Shown piece by piece: positions 48,577 through 59,029 of a stretch of 64,000 nt of DNA; within the stretch, counting starts at the first letter, position 1; each line of letters starts with the position of its first letter. Both the position numbers and the translations under genes were made by a program. Under the pieces are notes generated by a model, which made no database searches, was not told the origin of the DNA, and worked only from the letters and a program-made list of their open reading frames with translations. The DNA is taken from NCBI GenBank assembly GCA_965224085.1, contig CBDCYI010000005.1, forward strand, positions 1,472,001 to 1,536,000, written 5' to 3'. The stretch is from Candidatus Marinacidobacterales bacterium (GTDB lineage Bacteria > Acidobacteriota > Vicinamibacteria > Marinacidobacterales > SMYC01).

Positions 48577-48822
48577 AATCTCCCTCCTCCAAACGCGATT
48601 TCGCCATCGGCTCCCTGCCAAATCGTCATAGCGACGCGACCCCTCGTTCTGAATCTACAGTTTGTGAACCTCAAAAGAAGCGGGAGAATATCAAGACCGG
48701 GGCGCTGGCACAACCCAAGGCTAATCACATATTCAGCAACCATTTACAGCTATTCACCGAAAAACTGCAATTAGTTAAGTTTTTCACAGTCTACGGGAAG
48801 CAAAGGCCGCTACCGTGCCTGT

Positions 48823-49536
48823 ATGGCGACGCTACTCCGATCTACCGAGGATGACTCTACAGTTTCTCCGCACGAACGACGTTCCAGCCACCCGCAGACG
48901 TACAGAGAGATTCCGATCCTTTGTGACCTGTCGGACGCTGAGCTCGACGAGCTCGTCGCATCGAGCAGACCTCACCACGTCGAGCGGCATCAAGTCGTGT
49001 ATTGCGCCAGCGAGCGATTGAGCGAGCTCTATGTCGTTCAGCACGGGAGCTTCAAGCTTATCCGCCACTCCGAGGAAGGCAAAGAGCTCATCGTCGCGCT
49101 CGTCGGGGCTTCAAAGTCCTTCGGCGCCTATGCGGAACCGGCCGATTCGCTCACAATGGCACAAGCTCTGGAACCATCGGCGTTTCTCGCCATCCCGACG
49201 ACGGTCATCCGGCGTACGATCTCCCGGAATCCGGATTTCGCGGTTCGGCTGCTCGCCCATGCGCTCGACCGGCAGCGGGAGGCGGAAACAGCTGCGGCGC
49301 GGCTGGCCTTGGAGACCGTCCCCGCACGACTCGCGCACTTTCTTCTCGATCTTTCGGACGCGAGGTCCGGAGCCATGTCGTTTCCTTTGAACCAGACCGA
49401 AATCGCCAATCTCATCGGAAGTAGCCGCGAAACGGTATGCTCGATTTTGAACCAGTTTCGTCGCGGAGGATGGCTCGAGAACGAGCGTGGCCGCATCCGA
49501 GTCATCGATCGAACGGGTCTCGGAGCGGCGTGCTAA
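48823..49536 (+). CDS. Crp/Fnr family transcriptional regulator
   Basis: cNMP-binding-like domain, VPARLA, HTH LNQTEIANLIGSSRETV. Confidence 0.9.
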   Translation: MATLLRSTEDDSTVSPHERRSSHPQTYREIPILCDLSDAELDELVASSRPHHVERHQVVYCASERLSELYVVQHGSFKLIRHSEEGKELIVALVGASKSFGAYAEPADSLTMAQALEPSAFLAIPTTVIRRTISRNPDFAVRLLAHALDRQREAETAAARLALETVPARLAHFLLDLSDARSGAMSFPLNQTEIANLIGSSRETVCSILNQFRRGGWLENERGRIRVIDRTGLGAAC

Positions 49537-49595
49537 TGGTGCGATCGGCAAGGGTGGGCATATCCCCACGGTCTCGAGCTCCACAAGAAAATCGC

Positions 49596-49623
49596 TAAAG
49601 GTTCCGCACTCGTCGGCCGATAA
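49596..49623 (+). promoter_or_regulatory. sigma28 (FliA/SigD)-type promoter
   Basis: TAAAG-N15-GCCGATAA immediately before the GTG at 49630. Confidence 0.6.
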
Positions 49624-49629
49624 CCCGGT

Positions 49630-51837
49630 GTGGACCGCCCGCTAACCATACGCACCCAAACTTCGGAGCCCAGTGCCGAGCTCGAGCACGAAGAGCTGAT
49701 AGGACAGACCCGGACCGCGGAGCACGCCGATCGACGTATCCTTTATGTAGACGATGAAGCGTCCGCTCGGGAGGCCTTCGCCGACGCGGCGAGATCCTTC
49801 GGCTATAGCGTGGACACCGCGCAGAGTGGTGGAGACGCGCTCACGATGGCCAGCCAGAGACACTACGAAGTCATCGCCGCCGATTTGCGCATGCCTACCT
49901 TGAACGGGCTCGCGCTGATCCAGCTTTTGCGACCCAAGCGGCCGGACGCGAGCTACCTCATCGTCACGGGAGCGTCCCATCTCGAACTTCCCGAGCAAGC
50001 CAGCGGCGAGCCACTAGTGGACGAAGTCGTTTCCAAGCCATGGTCGCTCAGCGACCTCGCAAAAATTCTGAAACGCGCTGTCGATCGGTCGCACCATCGA
50101 CGAGCAGAAAGTTCGGGCCAAAAACGGAATCTTCCCATTCTCATCCTCGGAGAGAGCGCCGAAGGCGGGACCTTCGTGAGAAGGCTGCTCGCCGAGGCGT
50201 CGCCCGAGATCGACACTCACCTAGTCCACGACCTTTCTGAAGCCGTGGAAGCTTCGCAGCAGAGGGCCTTTCAGTTGATCGTCGTCGAGCTCGAGACCGC
50301 GGACCATAGCGGGCCCGAGACGATTTCCGGCCTTCGGCGCGCGTCGCCCGAGCTTCCTCTCATCGCGATTGGCAACTCCGACGACGATGGCATCGAACGA
50401 CAAGTGCTCGCGGCAGGTGCGTCGGACTGCATCGCCAAAAAGAAAATGGACGGCTACCATCTGCGGCGTTCTTTACGATTGGCGTCCGAGCGCAAAGGCC
50501 TCGAGGATCGCCTCGCCTATTTTGCCGAGCGGGATCCCGTGACCGGGCTAGCGAATCGCGCGGCGCTCCGCGATCAGCTTTCGCGTGCGATAGCACGTGT
50601 CCATCAACAGGACAGCCGGCTCGGCTTGTTGCTGCTCGATCTCGATCGCTTCAAAACCGTCAACGAGTCGCTGGGACACGACTTGGGCGACCGCCTGCTC
50701 CAAGTCGTTGCGGACCGCCTGCAGGAAAATCTCCGCGACGTGGATGTCGCCGCTCGTCTCGGCGGCGACGAGTTCGCCATCGTGCTCGAAGGAATTCGCA
50801 GCGAAGAGGAAGCGGTCGCGACCGCGCGACGTCTTCTCGAAGCCCTCACCCCGCCCGCGCGCCTTCAAGGCTACGAGATTGCTTGCACCGGAAGCATCGG
50901 GATCGCGATCTATCCCGATCACAGCGAGACGGGCGGTGAGCTCTTGCAACATGCCGATCGCGCCATGTACCGCGCGAAAAAGAATGGCCGCGACGGCTAT
51001 CAACTCTATAGCGACAAGGATGGAGAATCCCGATCTGGCGTTCTCGAGCGTCTCCAATTCGAAAGCTCCATCCGGCACGCACTCGAACACGACCAATATG
51101 TCGTGTACTTCCAGCCGCAGATTACGCTCGACCGCAAACGGCTCGTGGGGATGGAAGCTCTCGTGCGGTGGCAGCATCCCGAGCTCGGGCTCGTACCGCC
51201 GGGGCGCTTCATGCCTTTTCTGGAAAGCTCGGGCCTCATCAAAGGCGTGGGAGAGTGGGTGCTGCGGACAGCCTGCCGGCAAGTCAAGCAATGGCAGGAC
51301 TACCTGTTTCCCGACCTGCGCATCTCGGTGAACCTCTCAGCGCGGCAATTCGAAGGCTCCGACCTCGTCGCTTCGGTGGAACGCGCGCTCGCCGAGTCCG
51401 GTCTTCCGCCCACACAACTCGAGCTCGAGATTACCGAGAGCTTGTTGATGAAGGATACCGAGCGTACACGCTCGACCCTCCTGGATCTCAAGGCCCTGGG
51501 CGTGCGTATCGCCATCGACGATTTCGGAACCGGGTATTCCTCTCTCGCCTACCTCACGACCTTTCCACTCGACTGCCTCAAGATCGATCGAAGCTTCGTA
51601 CACGACATCACGACGAATGAGGACGACCGCACCGTGGCCGACGCCATCATCGGTCTCGGCCACAGCTTGAGGCTCGATGTCATGGCAGAAGGAGTCGAGA
51701 CTGAGGAGCAGCTGGAATTGTTGAATGGCTGCGACGGTTTTCAAGGCTTCTTGGTAAGCCGGCCCGAGCCCTCCAAGACCGCAAGGGCGTTCCTCGAGCA
51801 ATACCGCAAGGCTGTGCCCGCGTCTAGACAGCCCTGA
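49630..51837 (+). CDS. REC-REC-GGDEF-EAL diguanylate cyclase/phosphodiesterase
   Basis: YVDDE/ADLRMP receiver, RxxD + GGDEF, EAL, DDFGTGYSS. Confidence 0.93.
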   Translation: MDRPLTIRTQTSEPSAELEHEELIGQTRTAEHADRRILYVDDEASAREAFADAARSFGYSVDTAQSGGDALTMASQRHYEVIAADLRMPTLNGLALIQLLRPKRPDASYLIVTGASHLELPEQASGEPLVDEVVSKPWSLSDLAKILKRAVDRSHHRRAESSGQKRNLPILILGESAEGGTFVRRLLAEASPEIDTHLVHDLSEAVEASQQRAFQLIVVELETADHSGPETISGLRRASPELPLIAIGNSDDDGIERQVLAAGASDCIAKKKMDGYHLRRSLRLASERKGLEDRLAYFAERDPVTGLANRAALRDQLSRAIARVHQQDSRLGLLLLDLDRFKTVNESLGHDLGDRLLQVVADRLQENLRDVDVAARLGGDEFAIVLEGIRSEEEAVATARRLLEALTPPARLQGYEIACTGSIGIAIYPDHSETGGELLQHADRAMYRAKKNGRDGYQLYSDKDGESRSGVLERLQFESSIRHALEHDQYVVYFQPQITLDRKRLVGMEALVRWQHPELGLVPPGRFMPFLESSGLIKGVGEWVLRTACRQVKQWQDYLFPDLRISVNLSARQFEGSDLVASVERALAESGLPPTQLELEITESLLMKDTERTRSTLLDLKALGVRIAIDDFGTGYSSLAYLTTFPLDCLKIDRSFVHDITTNEDDRTVADAIIGLGHSLRLDVMAEGVETEEQLELLNGCDGFQGFLVSRPEPSKTARAFLEQYRKAVPASRQP

Positions 51838-51905
51838 GCTCATCGAACGCGTTTCGGATTTCCCTTCCCAGGCAGGAGTGACGATGTCTATTCAGCGGCA
51901 CTGCA

Positions 51906-52358
51906 CTAGTATCCCGAGCTCTTTTGAAATACCATACGGTTGCCGCTCGGGAAGTGAATGGTCATCTTCTCCTCGCCCACTTCGGCCCGACACGGCTCCT
52001 CCGCCGCATCCTCCATTTGTTTGACACTCATCCGAAGCGGTGACGCCGCGATGGGTCCGATTTCATCCCCGGCGGACAAGTGATAGAAATGCGTGAAAGT
52101 CAAAGTGTCGCCCACGAGCGAATAGGTGCCGCCTTCACCAGATCCCCGCCGGGGATCACCGTTTTTATCCTCGACGAAGAAGAGCACGGTCCAATCGCTC
52201 TTGGTAAAGAAGATCAAGCCCGAGACGTCGAGCTCCGTCCCATCTTTGAGAACATATTGTTCAGGATGCCAAGCCCCGAAAATGTCGGCCGCGCCCGCTT
52301 CCCCTGATTCTATCGATACCAACAGGACGGCCGCGGCCAAGAGATTCGAGATGCGCAT
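51906..52358 (-). CDS. secreted hypothetical (lipocalin-like) protein
   Basis: Signal peptide, FGAW motif, GTYSLVGDTL; GGGAGG RBS. Confidence 0.65.
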   Translation of the reverse strand: MRISNLLAAAVLLVSIESGEAGAADIFGAWHPEQYVLKDGTELDVSGLIFFTKSDWTVLFFVEDKNGDPRRGSGEGGTYSLVGDTLTFTHFYHLSAGDEIGPIAASPLRMSVKQMEDAAEEPCRAEVGEEKMTIHFPSGNRMVFQKSSGY

Positions 52359-52467
52359 GGTTTCCTCCCGACGACGATTCTTGCATTCGGGGCACGCTCT
52401 TGACTACTGATACATGGGAGAGGAATGAGCGCGCACTGAGCACTAGAATGTAAACTCGGAGGTCCTT

Positions 52468-52977
52468 ATGACGGTTGGTGAAGCTCTCATCCAGGAGTCC
52501 AAACGCCACTTGCTCGAAGAATCCTGGCCGAGGATCGACAAGTGCGTGGCCGCGCTGAGTGAGACCGAGCTCTGGCAGCGCGACAACGCTCATACGAACA
52601 GCGTCGGGAACTTGTTGCTTCATCTGTCGGGAAATGTCCGGCAGTGGATCGTCTCGGGTCTCGGTACCGCTGCCGACGAACGTGTGCGCTCGAGCGAGTT
52701 CGAAGAGCAAGGGCCAGTGCCGGCGGCGGAGCTTTTGACACGGCTCCAATCGACGCTTTCCGAGGCGGGTGCCGTGCTCGACCGCCTCGATCCCAACCAA
52801 CTGCTCGAGGCCCGAACCATCCAAGGTTTCGATACGACCGGCGTTCGCGCGCTCGTCCATGTCGTCGAGCATTTCTCCTACCATGTCGGTCAGATCACGC
52901 ACATGGTCAAAGCGATCAAAGATATCGATATGAAGTACTACGACGGTAAGAAACTCGACGCAAGGAATCGTCCGTAG
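52468..52977 (+). CDS. DinB/DUF1572-like four-helix protein
   Basis: NSVGNLLLHLSGN, HFSYHVGQI. Confidence 0.85.
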   Translation: MTVGEALIQESKRHLLEESWPRIDKCVAALSETELWQRDNAHTNSVGNLLLHLSGNVRQWIVSGLGTAADERVRSSEFEEQGPVPAAELLTRLQSTLSEAGAVLDRLDPNQLLEARTIQGFDTTGVRALVHVVEHFSYHVGQITHMVKAIKDIDMKYYDGKKLDARNRP

Positions 52978-53028
52978 TTTTACATGCATCGGGCTACGGG
53001 GTACGATCGAGTTCTCTTCGAGCCTCGA

Positions 53029-53928
53029 ATGAAACGACTAGTTGCCATCTCGATCCTTCTCGGGCTTTCCGGTTGCTCGCTCAAAGCGCGCGCCGTCGAC
53101 ACTCTCGCGGAGGTGCTCGGCGAGGCGGAGAGCGTTTATTTGTCCGACGAAGATCCAGAGCTCGTCGCCGCAGCGCTTCCATTCAATCTCAAAACGATGG
53201 AGACACTGCTCGCGTCCAACCCGAATCATGTCGAGCTTCTTCTGACGGCGACGAAATCGTTCATTCTGTATGCGTATAGCTTTGTCGAGCCAGAAGTGCG
53301 CGGCTACGAATATACGGAGTTCGAGCGTGCCGAGGCGGTACGCCATCGTGCCGCGAGGCTCTATCGCCGCGCCTATGACTTCGGCATCCGCGGCGTCTCG
53401 GTCGGTCATCCGGGGATCGAGGAGCGTCTACGGAGAGAGCCCGATCAAGCGGTCGCCGAGCTCGAGCTCGAGGACGTGCCTCTCACGGTTTGGACCGCGG
53501 CAGCGCTCGGCGGGGCCATCAGCGTCAGCAAGGACGACCCGGAATCCACCGCCGACATCGCCGTCGTTGGGGCGCTCCTCAACCGCGCGCTCACTCTCGA
53601 CCCGGATTACGACCACGGCACGATCCACGAATTTCTCTTCGTTTATGAAACGGGTCGGGTCGGCGGCTCGATGGAAGTAGCCCGGAAGCACTACGAGCGC
53701 GCTCTTGCTCTCGGACCAGCGAAGATGCCCTCATTGTGGCTAAACTGGGCAGAGAGCGTATCCGTGACCGAGCAGAATCGAGCGGAGTTCATAGAGCTAG
53801 CCGACAAAGTCCTGGCCTTCGACGTCGCGCGCTATCCGGAGAATCGGCTCCTCAATTTGCTTGCGAAACGACGCGCCTCGTGGTTGAAAGAGAATGTCGA
53901 CGAGTTCTTCCTGGATAGTGGAACCTGA
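53029..53928 (+). CDS. TRAP transporter TatT lipoprotein
   Basis: Lipobox LSGC, DPELVAAALPFNLK, helical repeats; upstream of dctP. Confidence 0.85.
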   Translation: MKRLVAISILLGLSGCSLKARAVDTLAEVLGEAESVYLSDEDPELVAAALPFNLKTMETLLASNPNHVELLLTATKSFILYAYSFVEPEVRGYEYTEFERAEAVRHRAARLYRRAYDFGIRGVSVGHPGIEERLRREPDQAVAELELEDVPLTVWTAAALGGAISVSKDDPESTADIAVVGALLNRALTLDPDYDHGTIHEFLFVYETGRVGGSMEVARKHYERALALGPAKMPSLWLNWAESVSVTEQNRAEFIELADKVLAFDVARYPENRLLNLLAKRRASWLKENVDEFFLDSGT

Positions 53929-53929
53929 T

Positions 53930-54922
53930 ATGAAGCTTTGCATGGCCGCAGCGATGGCCGCTTTGCTCTCGACCCTCCTCCGTGCCGAGGCTCGGGTCAC
54001 CATTCGACTCGGCACCGTCGCCCCCAAAGGCTCCTCGTGGGAGTTCTTGCTGCGCCGCATGGGCGCGGATTGGGGCAAAGCGACCGGCGGCGACGTCCGC
54101 CTCCGCATCTACCCGGGCGGCACGGTCGGCGACGAGGGCGAGATGATACGCAAGATGCGCATCGGACAATTACAGGCCGCGGCGATCTCGAACGCCGGGC
54201 TCGCGGAGATCGATCGCAGAGCTTACGGCCTCATGCTGCCGATGATGTTCGACTCCTATGACGAGTGGGACCATGTGCGCAAGGAGCTAAACCCTATCCT
54301 CGAGGCGAACTTGAAGCAAAAAGGCTTTATCGTGCTCACTTGGACGGATTTGGGGTGGGTCTATTTCTTCACGAAAGAGGCGATGCGGACCCCCGCAGAT
54401 CTCGCGGGCATGAAGCTCGCGGCTTCGCACTCAGAGACCGAGACCATCGATATCTTCAAATGGGCCGGTTTCAACCCAGTACCGATATCGTTCGTGGACA
54501 TGATGACCGGCTTTCAAACGGGGCTCATCGACTCGACCTACGCCCCCGTGATCCTCGCGGAAGGCTCCCAGTTCTACCGTCAGGTCTCGAATATGACCGA
54601 CCTGAAATGGGCGCCTCTCCAAGGAGCGGTCGTGATGCACGAAAAGGGTTGGAACCAGCTGAGCCCGGGGCAGCAAGAAGAGATGTTACGCATCACGCGA
54701 CAAGTCGGCGAAGGGCTTCGCAGTTCGAACCGCGAACAGGAGCAACGCTCCCTCGACGCCATGACCAAACGTGGGCTCAAGATTGTCAAAATCTCGGACG
54801 AAGTTCTTTCCGAGTGGCGTGAGGTCGTCGAGAAGGCCTATCCACGGGTGCGCGAAAACCTCGTAACACCCGCGATCTTTGATCGCGTGCAGAAGCTTCG
54901 GGACGAGTTCCGCGCGCGCTGA
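53930..54922 (+). CDS. dctP: TRAP substrate-binding protein DctP (TatP)
   Basis: LGTVAPKGSSW, YPGGTVGDE..MIRKMRIGQL. Confidence 0.9.
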   Translation: MKLCMAAAMAALLSTLLRAEARVTIRLGTVAPKGSSWEFLLRRMGADWGKATGGDVRLRIYPGGTVGDEGEMIRKMRIGQLQAAAISNAGLAEIDRRAYGLMLPMMFDSYDEWDHVRKELNPILEANLKQKGFIVLTWTDLGWVYFFTKEAMRTPADLAGMKLAASHSETETIDIFKWAGFNPVPISFVDMMTGFQTGLIDSTYAPVILAEGSQFYRQVSNMTDLKWAPLQGAVVMHEKGWNQLSPGQQEEMLRITRQVGEGLRSSNREQEQRSLDAMTKRGLKIVKISDEVLSEWREVVEKAYPRVRENLVTPAIFDRVQKLRDEFRAR

Positions 54923-54934
54923 GCCCACTGATCA

Positions 54935-56734
54935 GTGAAGCGCTCCCTGGACAGCTTCGAGAACGGCCTCTCCGTTCTTGCATTGTTCACGATGGCGCTT
55001 CTCCCTTTGCTCGAAGCGGTCGTCCGCACGTTTTACCCTAGCGGCATCTCCGGCTCGACGATTTGGGTTCAACACATGGCCCTCTGGGTCACCTTTTTCG
55101 GCGCGGCCATCGCGGCGCGGCGCGGCGAGCTTCTTTCGCTCACGGCCGGAGCGCAGCTCGCGAGCGATAAATCGAAAGCGAGAATCCACCTCGTCGTAGG
55201 CGGCATAAGCTTCGCCGTCTGCGTCGTGCTCGTCCATGGAAGCCTCGAGCTCGTGAGCGTCGAGCGCGAAGGCGGTCGAGCGCTCGCTTTCGGGTTTCCT
55301 GTATGGGTCGCGCAATCCGTCATGCCCATCGGCTTTGCAGTCATCGGCTGGAGGCTCATGTACCGCGCGGCGTCAACGTGGCGCGGACGCGCGCTCGCCG
55401 CGAGCTTTGCCCTCGTTCCCGTTTTGCTCTACCGCTTCGAGGCACTCCAGGAGACCAGCATCTACTTGGCACTCGTACTCCTCTTGGTCGCCGCAACGGC
55501 GCTCGGAGCGCCTATCTTCGTCGGCATCGGAGGCGTGGCGGCGGTGCTCTTGTGGCACGATCTCTTCCCTGTCTCCGCGATCCCCACCGAGACATACAAC
55601 CTCGCGATCAAACCGATCCTCCCGACGATCCCGCTCTTCACCCTCGCGGGCTTCATTCTTGCCGAGGGGGGAACACCGCGAAGGCTCGTGGAGCTCTTCC
55701 GTGCGCTCGTGGGTTGGCTTCCAGGCGGCTTTGCGATTGTCGCCATAGTGGTGTGCGCATTTTTCACGAGCTTCACGGGCGGCAGCGGCGTCACCATCCT
55801 CGCGATGGGCGGGCTCTTGTTCCCGATGCTACGCGAGCGAAAATACTCGCCGAAATTCACGACTGGGCTTCTGACGTCGGCGGGATCCCTCGGGCTGTTG
55901 TTCCCGCCTTCGCTCGCCGTCATTCTTTATGGGCTCGTGGCCGGCGTCGAGCTCCGACGTCTGTTCGTGAGCGGCTTCGTCCCGGCAATCCTCCAGGTCG
56001 GGCTCGTCGCAGCCTTCGCGCTCTACGCGGCAAAGAATGTGGGTATCGAGCGCGTGTCCTTCGATGTTCGTCGAAGTCTCACGGCCATCTGGAACGCCAA
56101 GTGGGAAATCGCTATCCCGGTCGTCGTGCTCGGGAGCATCCTCGGCGGATTCGCCACCCTCGTCGAGGCCGCTGCGGTCACGGTTCTCTATGCTTTCGTC
56201 CTCGAATTCGTCATCCACCGCGACTTGAAAATCACGAAAGATCTGTTGCGCGTGGGAGCGGACGCGGCGACATTGATCGGCGGCGTGCTCATCATCCTCG
56301 GAGTTGCACTTGGTTTGACCAACTATCTCATCTTCGCCGAGATCCCCCAGCTCGGGGTCGACTGGGTACAGACAATCGTAAGCTCTCCGCTCGTCTTCTT
56401 GCTTCTGCTGAATCTGTTTTTGTTGATCGTCGGCTGTCTGATGGACATCTATTCGGCCATCGTCGTCGTCGTGCCGCTCATCACGCCCCTCGGAATCGTC
56501 TTCGGCATCGACCCCTTTCACCTCGGGATCATCTTTCTCACGAACATGGAGCTCGGCTACCTGACGCCGCCCGTGGGTATGAACCTTTTTCTCGCGTCCT
56601 ACCGGTTCAAACAGCCGCTGCCGGACGTCTATCGCGCGGCACTTCCATTTCTCGCGATCCGTGCCGTCGCGGTCGTTTTCGTAACCTACGTTCCATGGCT
56701 CACGCAATTTCTCCCAGCGCTTCTATTCGAATAA
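54935..56734 (+). CDS. fused TRAP permease DctQ-DctM
   Basis: Four-TM Q part then IPLFTLAG, FTGGSGVTI, GSLGLLFPPS, LTPPVGMNLF. Confidence 0.92.
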   Translation: MKRSLDSFENGLSVLALFTMALLPLLEAVVRTFYPSGISGSTIWVQHMALWVTFFGAAIAARRGELLSLTAGAQLASDKSKARIHLVVGGISFAVCVVLVHGSLELVSVEREGGRALAFGFPVWVAQSVMPIGFAVIGWRLMYRAASTWRGRALAASFALVPVLLYRFEALQETSIYLALVLLLVAATALGAPIFVGIGGVAAVLLWHDLFPVSAIPTETYNLAIKPILPTIPLFTLAGFILAEGGTPRRLVELFRALVGWLPGGFAIVAIVVCAFFTSFTGGSGVTILAMGGLLFPMLRERKYSPKFTTGLLTSAGSLGLLFPPSLAVILYGLVAGVELRRLFVSGFVPAILQVGLVAAFALYAAKNVGIERVSFDVRRSLTAIWNAKWEIAIPVVVLGSILGGFATLVEAAAVTVLYAFVLEFVIHRDLKITKDLLRVGADAATLIGGVLIILGVALGLTNYLIFAEIPQLGVDWVQTIVSSPLVFLLLLNLFLLIVGCLMDIYSAIVVVVPLITPLGIVFGIDPFHLGIIFLTNMELGYLTPPVGMNLFLASYRFKQPLPDVYRAALPFLAIRAVAVVFVTYVPWLTQFLPALLFE

Positions 56735-56890
56735 AGCAACCCAGCCGGGCCCTCACCCGTCTAACCTTGTTCGAGACTGGGATCGGCGGCGTCCCAAAAG
56801 CGCACAAGAAGTGTTGGGATCTAAGGGGTGGTAAACCCACATCCTGTTACTATTAAGTAACTTAGAAGACACCAAGTTTTATGGAACAAA

Positions 56891-56906
56891 TGGCACGTCG
56901 TTTGCG
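56891..56906 (+). promoter_or_regulatory. sigma54 promoter
   Basis: TGGCACG-TCGT-TTGCG, GG-N10-GC; AGGAGG RBS follows at ~56921. Confidence 0.7.
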
Positions 56907-56933
56907 CATATAAGACCGGTAGGAGGAGTTGGT

Positions 56934-58193
56934 TTGGACGTCAAACGTGAAGGGTTCGCCCGAAAAAAACGCATCCGCATGGTCGTGATCGCGAGCGCCG
57001 TGCTCGCTGGCATCGCTGCCATCAGCTTTGGATTGTCCCGGCTCGAGCCCGCCGCCCCGTCCGTCAACCGCGCGACGGTCTGGATGGACGGCGTGGAGCG
57101 AGGCGAGATGATCCGCCAGGTACGCGGTCCTGGAACGCTCGAAGTGCTTCCCGAGGCCATCCGCTGGGTCGCGGCCCGCACCCGCGGCCGGGTGGAGCGG
57201 CGCATTCTTCTGCCGGGGGTCGAGGTCGAGCCCTCGACCATCATTCTCGAGCTATCGAATCCCGAGCTCGATCAAGAGCTTCGAGATGCCGAGTTTCAAC
57301 TTCAGGCTCAGGAAGCCGAGATGGCCGATCTGCGGGTCACGGTCGAGAGCCAATTGCTGAACCAAAAGTCCATGGCCGCGACCGTCGCTTCCGAGTTCAA
57401 CCAAGCGAAACTTCAAGCAGCGGCGGACGAACGACTCTTCGCCGAAGAGCTCATCGGAGACTTGATCCTCAAGCGCTCGAGGGTCCGCGCCGAGGAGCTC
57501 GCCGTACGGAACGATTTAGAGCGAAAGCGGCTCGAGATCGCCTCCGCCTCGGTGGAAGCGCAGCTCGCCGCCAAACGCGCCACCGTCGAACAGTTCAAGG
57601 CACTGTACGAGCTTCGTCGCAGCCAGGAAGCCGCGTTGACGGTCCGCGCCGGCATTCGTGGCGTGTTGCAGGGAGTACCGGTGGAGGTCGGCCAGGAGGT
57701 CACGCCCGGGCAGAACCTGGCGCGCGTGGCGCAGCCCGACAAGCTCAAAGCGCAGCTGCGGATCGCCGAGACGCAGGCAAAAGACATCGAAGTCGGCCAA
57801 AAGGCCATCGTCGACACGCGCAACGGCATCATCGAGGGCAAAGTCATCCGGATCGACCCCGCCGTCCAAGAAGGAACCGTCACCGTCGACATCGCACTCC
57901 TAGGAGCGCTTCCCAAAGGCGCCCGGCCGGACTTGAGCGTCGACGGCACGATCGAGCTCGAGCGCTTGCACGATGTGCTCTATGTCGGCCGGCCCGCTTA
58001 TGGACAGGCCGAGAGCACGATTGGGCTGTTCAAGCTGCTCGAAGACGGCGAGACGGCAGTGCGGGCGCAAGTCCGGCTCGGCCGCAGCTCCGTGAACACC
58101 ATAGAGGTCATCCAAGGTTTGAACGAAGGCGACCAGGTCATCTTGTCCGACACGTCGGCCTGGGACGCCTACGATCGCATTCGACTTTACTAG
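56934..58193 (+). CDS. HlyD/MacA-like periplasmic adaptor
   Basis: TM anchor, QVRGPGTL, coiled coil, RIDPAVQEGTV, GLNEGDQVI. Confidence 0.9.
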   Translation: MDVKREGFARKKRIRMVVIASAVLAGIAAISFGLSRLEPAAPSVNRATVWMDGVERGEMIRQVRGPGTLEVLPEAIRWVAARTRGRVERRILLPGVEVEPSTIILELSNPELDQELRDAEFQLQAQEAEMADLRVTVESQLLNQKSMAATVASEFNQAKLQAAADERLFAEELIGDLILKRSRVRAEELAVRNDLERKRLEIASASVEAQLAAKRATVEQFKALYELRRSQEAALTVRAGIRGVLQGVPVEVGQEVTPGQNLARVAQPDKLKAQLRIAETQAKDIEVGQKAIVDTRNGIIEGKVIRIDPAVQEGTVTVDIALLGALPKGARPDLSVDGTIELERLHDVLYVGRPAYGQAESTIGLFKLLEDGETAVRAQVRLGRSSVNTIEVIQGLNEGDQVILSDTSAWDAYDRIRLY

Positions 58194-58233
58194 GTTTCAT
58201 TAATCAAAGAATTAGAGGAAGGGGCTACATTCC

Positions 58234-58929
58234 ATGGCTGAAGACACTGCACTCATCCACCTCGAAGGCGTCACGAAAGTCTTCTACACCGACGAGGTGG
58301 AGACACACGCTCTCGCGGGCATCCATCTCGATATCCAAAAGGGCGAGTATGTGTCCATCTCCGGTCCGTCCGGCTGCGGCAAATCGACGCTCTTGTCGAT
58401 CCTCGGCCTTCTCGATACGCCGACGGGCGGAACCTATATCTTGAACGATACGTCGGTCGACAACCTCAGCCTGTCGCAGCGCGCCCGGATCCGGAACCGC
58501 GAAGTGGGTTTCATCTTTCAGGCGTTCAACTTGATTGGCGACCTTACCGTTTACGAGAACGTCGAGCTTCCTTTGACTTATCGGGGCATGCCTTCCGCCG
58601 AGCGCAAAACTCGCGTGAACGACGCGCTCGAGAAAGTAGGCATGGCGCATCGCACCAAGCATTTCCCGTCCCAGCTCTCCGGTGGTCAGCAGCAGCGCGT
58701 CGCCGTCGCCCGAGCTGTGGTCGGCGAGCCTTCCATCCTTCTCGCGGACGAGCCCACGGGCAACTTGGATTCGACGAACGGCGAGGCCGTCATGGATCTC
58801 ATGCGCGAGCTTCATGACGGCGGCGCGACCATCTGCATGGTGACGCATGACCCGCGCTACGCTGAATATGCGGAGCGGAACATCTCGCTTTTCGACGGAC
58901 GCATCGTCGAGGAAAAAGTCGAAGCCTAG
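58234..58929 (+). CDS. ABC ATP-binding protein (LolD/MacB-like)
   Basis: GPSGCGKST, QLSGGQQQR, LADEPTGNLD, MVTHD. Confidence 0.95.
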   Translation: MAEDTALIHLEGVTKVFYTDEVETHALAGIHLDIQKGEYVSISGPSGCGKSTLLSILGLLDTPTGGTYILNDTSVDNLSLSQRARIRNREVGFIFQAFNLIGDLTVYENVELPLTYRGMPSAERKTRVNDALEKVGMAHRTKHFPSQLSGGQQQRVAVARAVVGEPSILLADEPTGNLDSTNGEAVMDLMRELHDGGATICMVTHDPRYAEYAERNISLFDGRIVEEKVEA

Positions 58930-59029
58930 CGGGTCTACCAATCAACCGGCACTGGCTCCCTAGTCTGCGCCCTGCCATGGCTTGGGAGCCAATACCCGCT
59001 TAACCTGAGTTTAAAGATTGGATTGAGGC

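Noticed and set aside
48683-48695. GGAGAATATCAAG resembling the dinB-upstream repeat unit
   Set aside because: Single unit without the 11-bp periodic partner; could be chance
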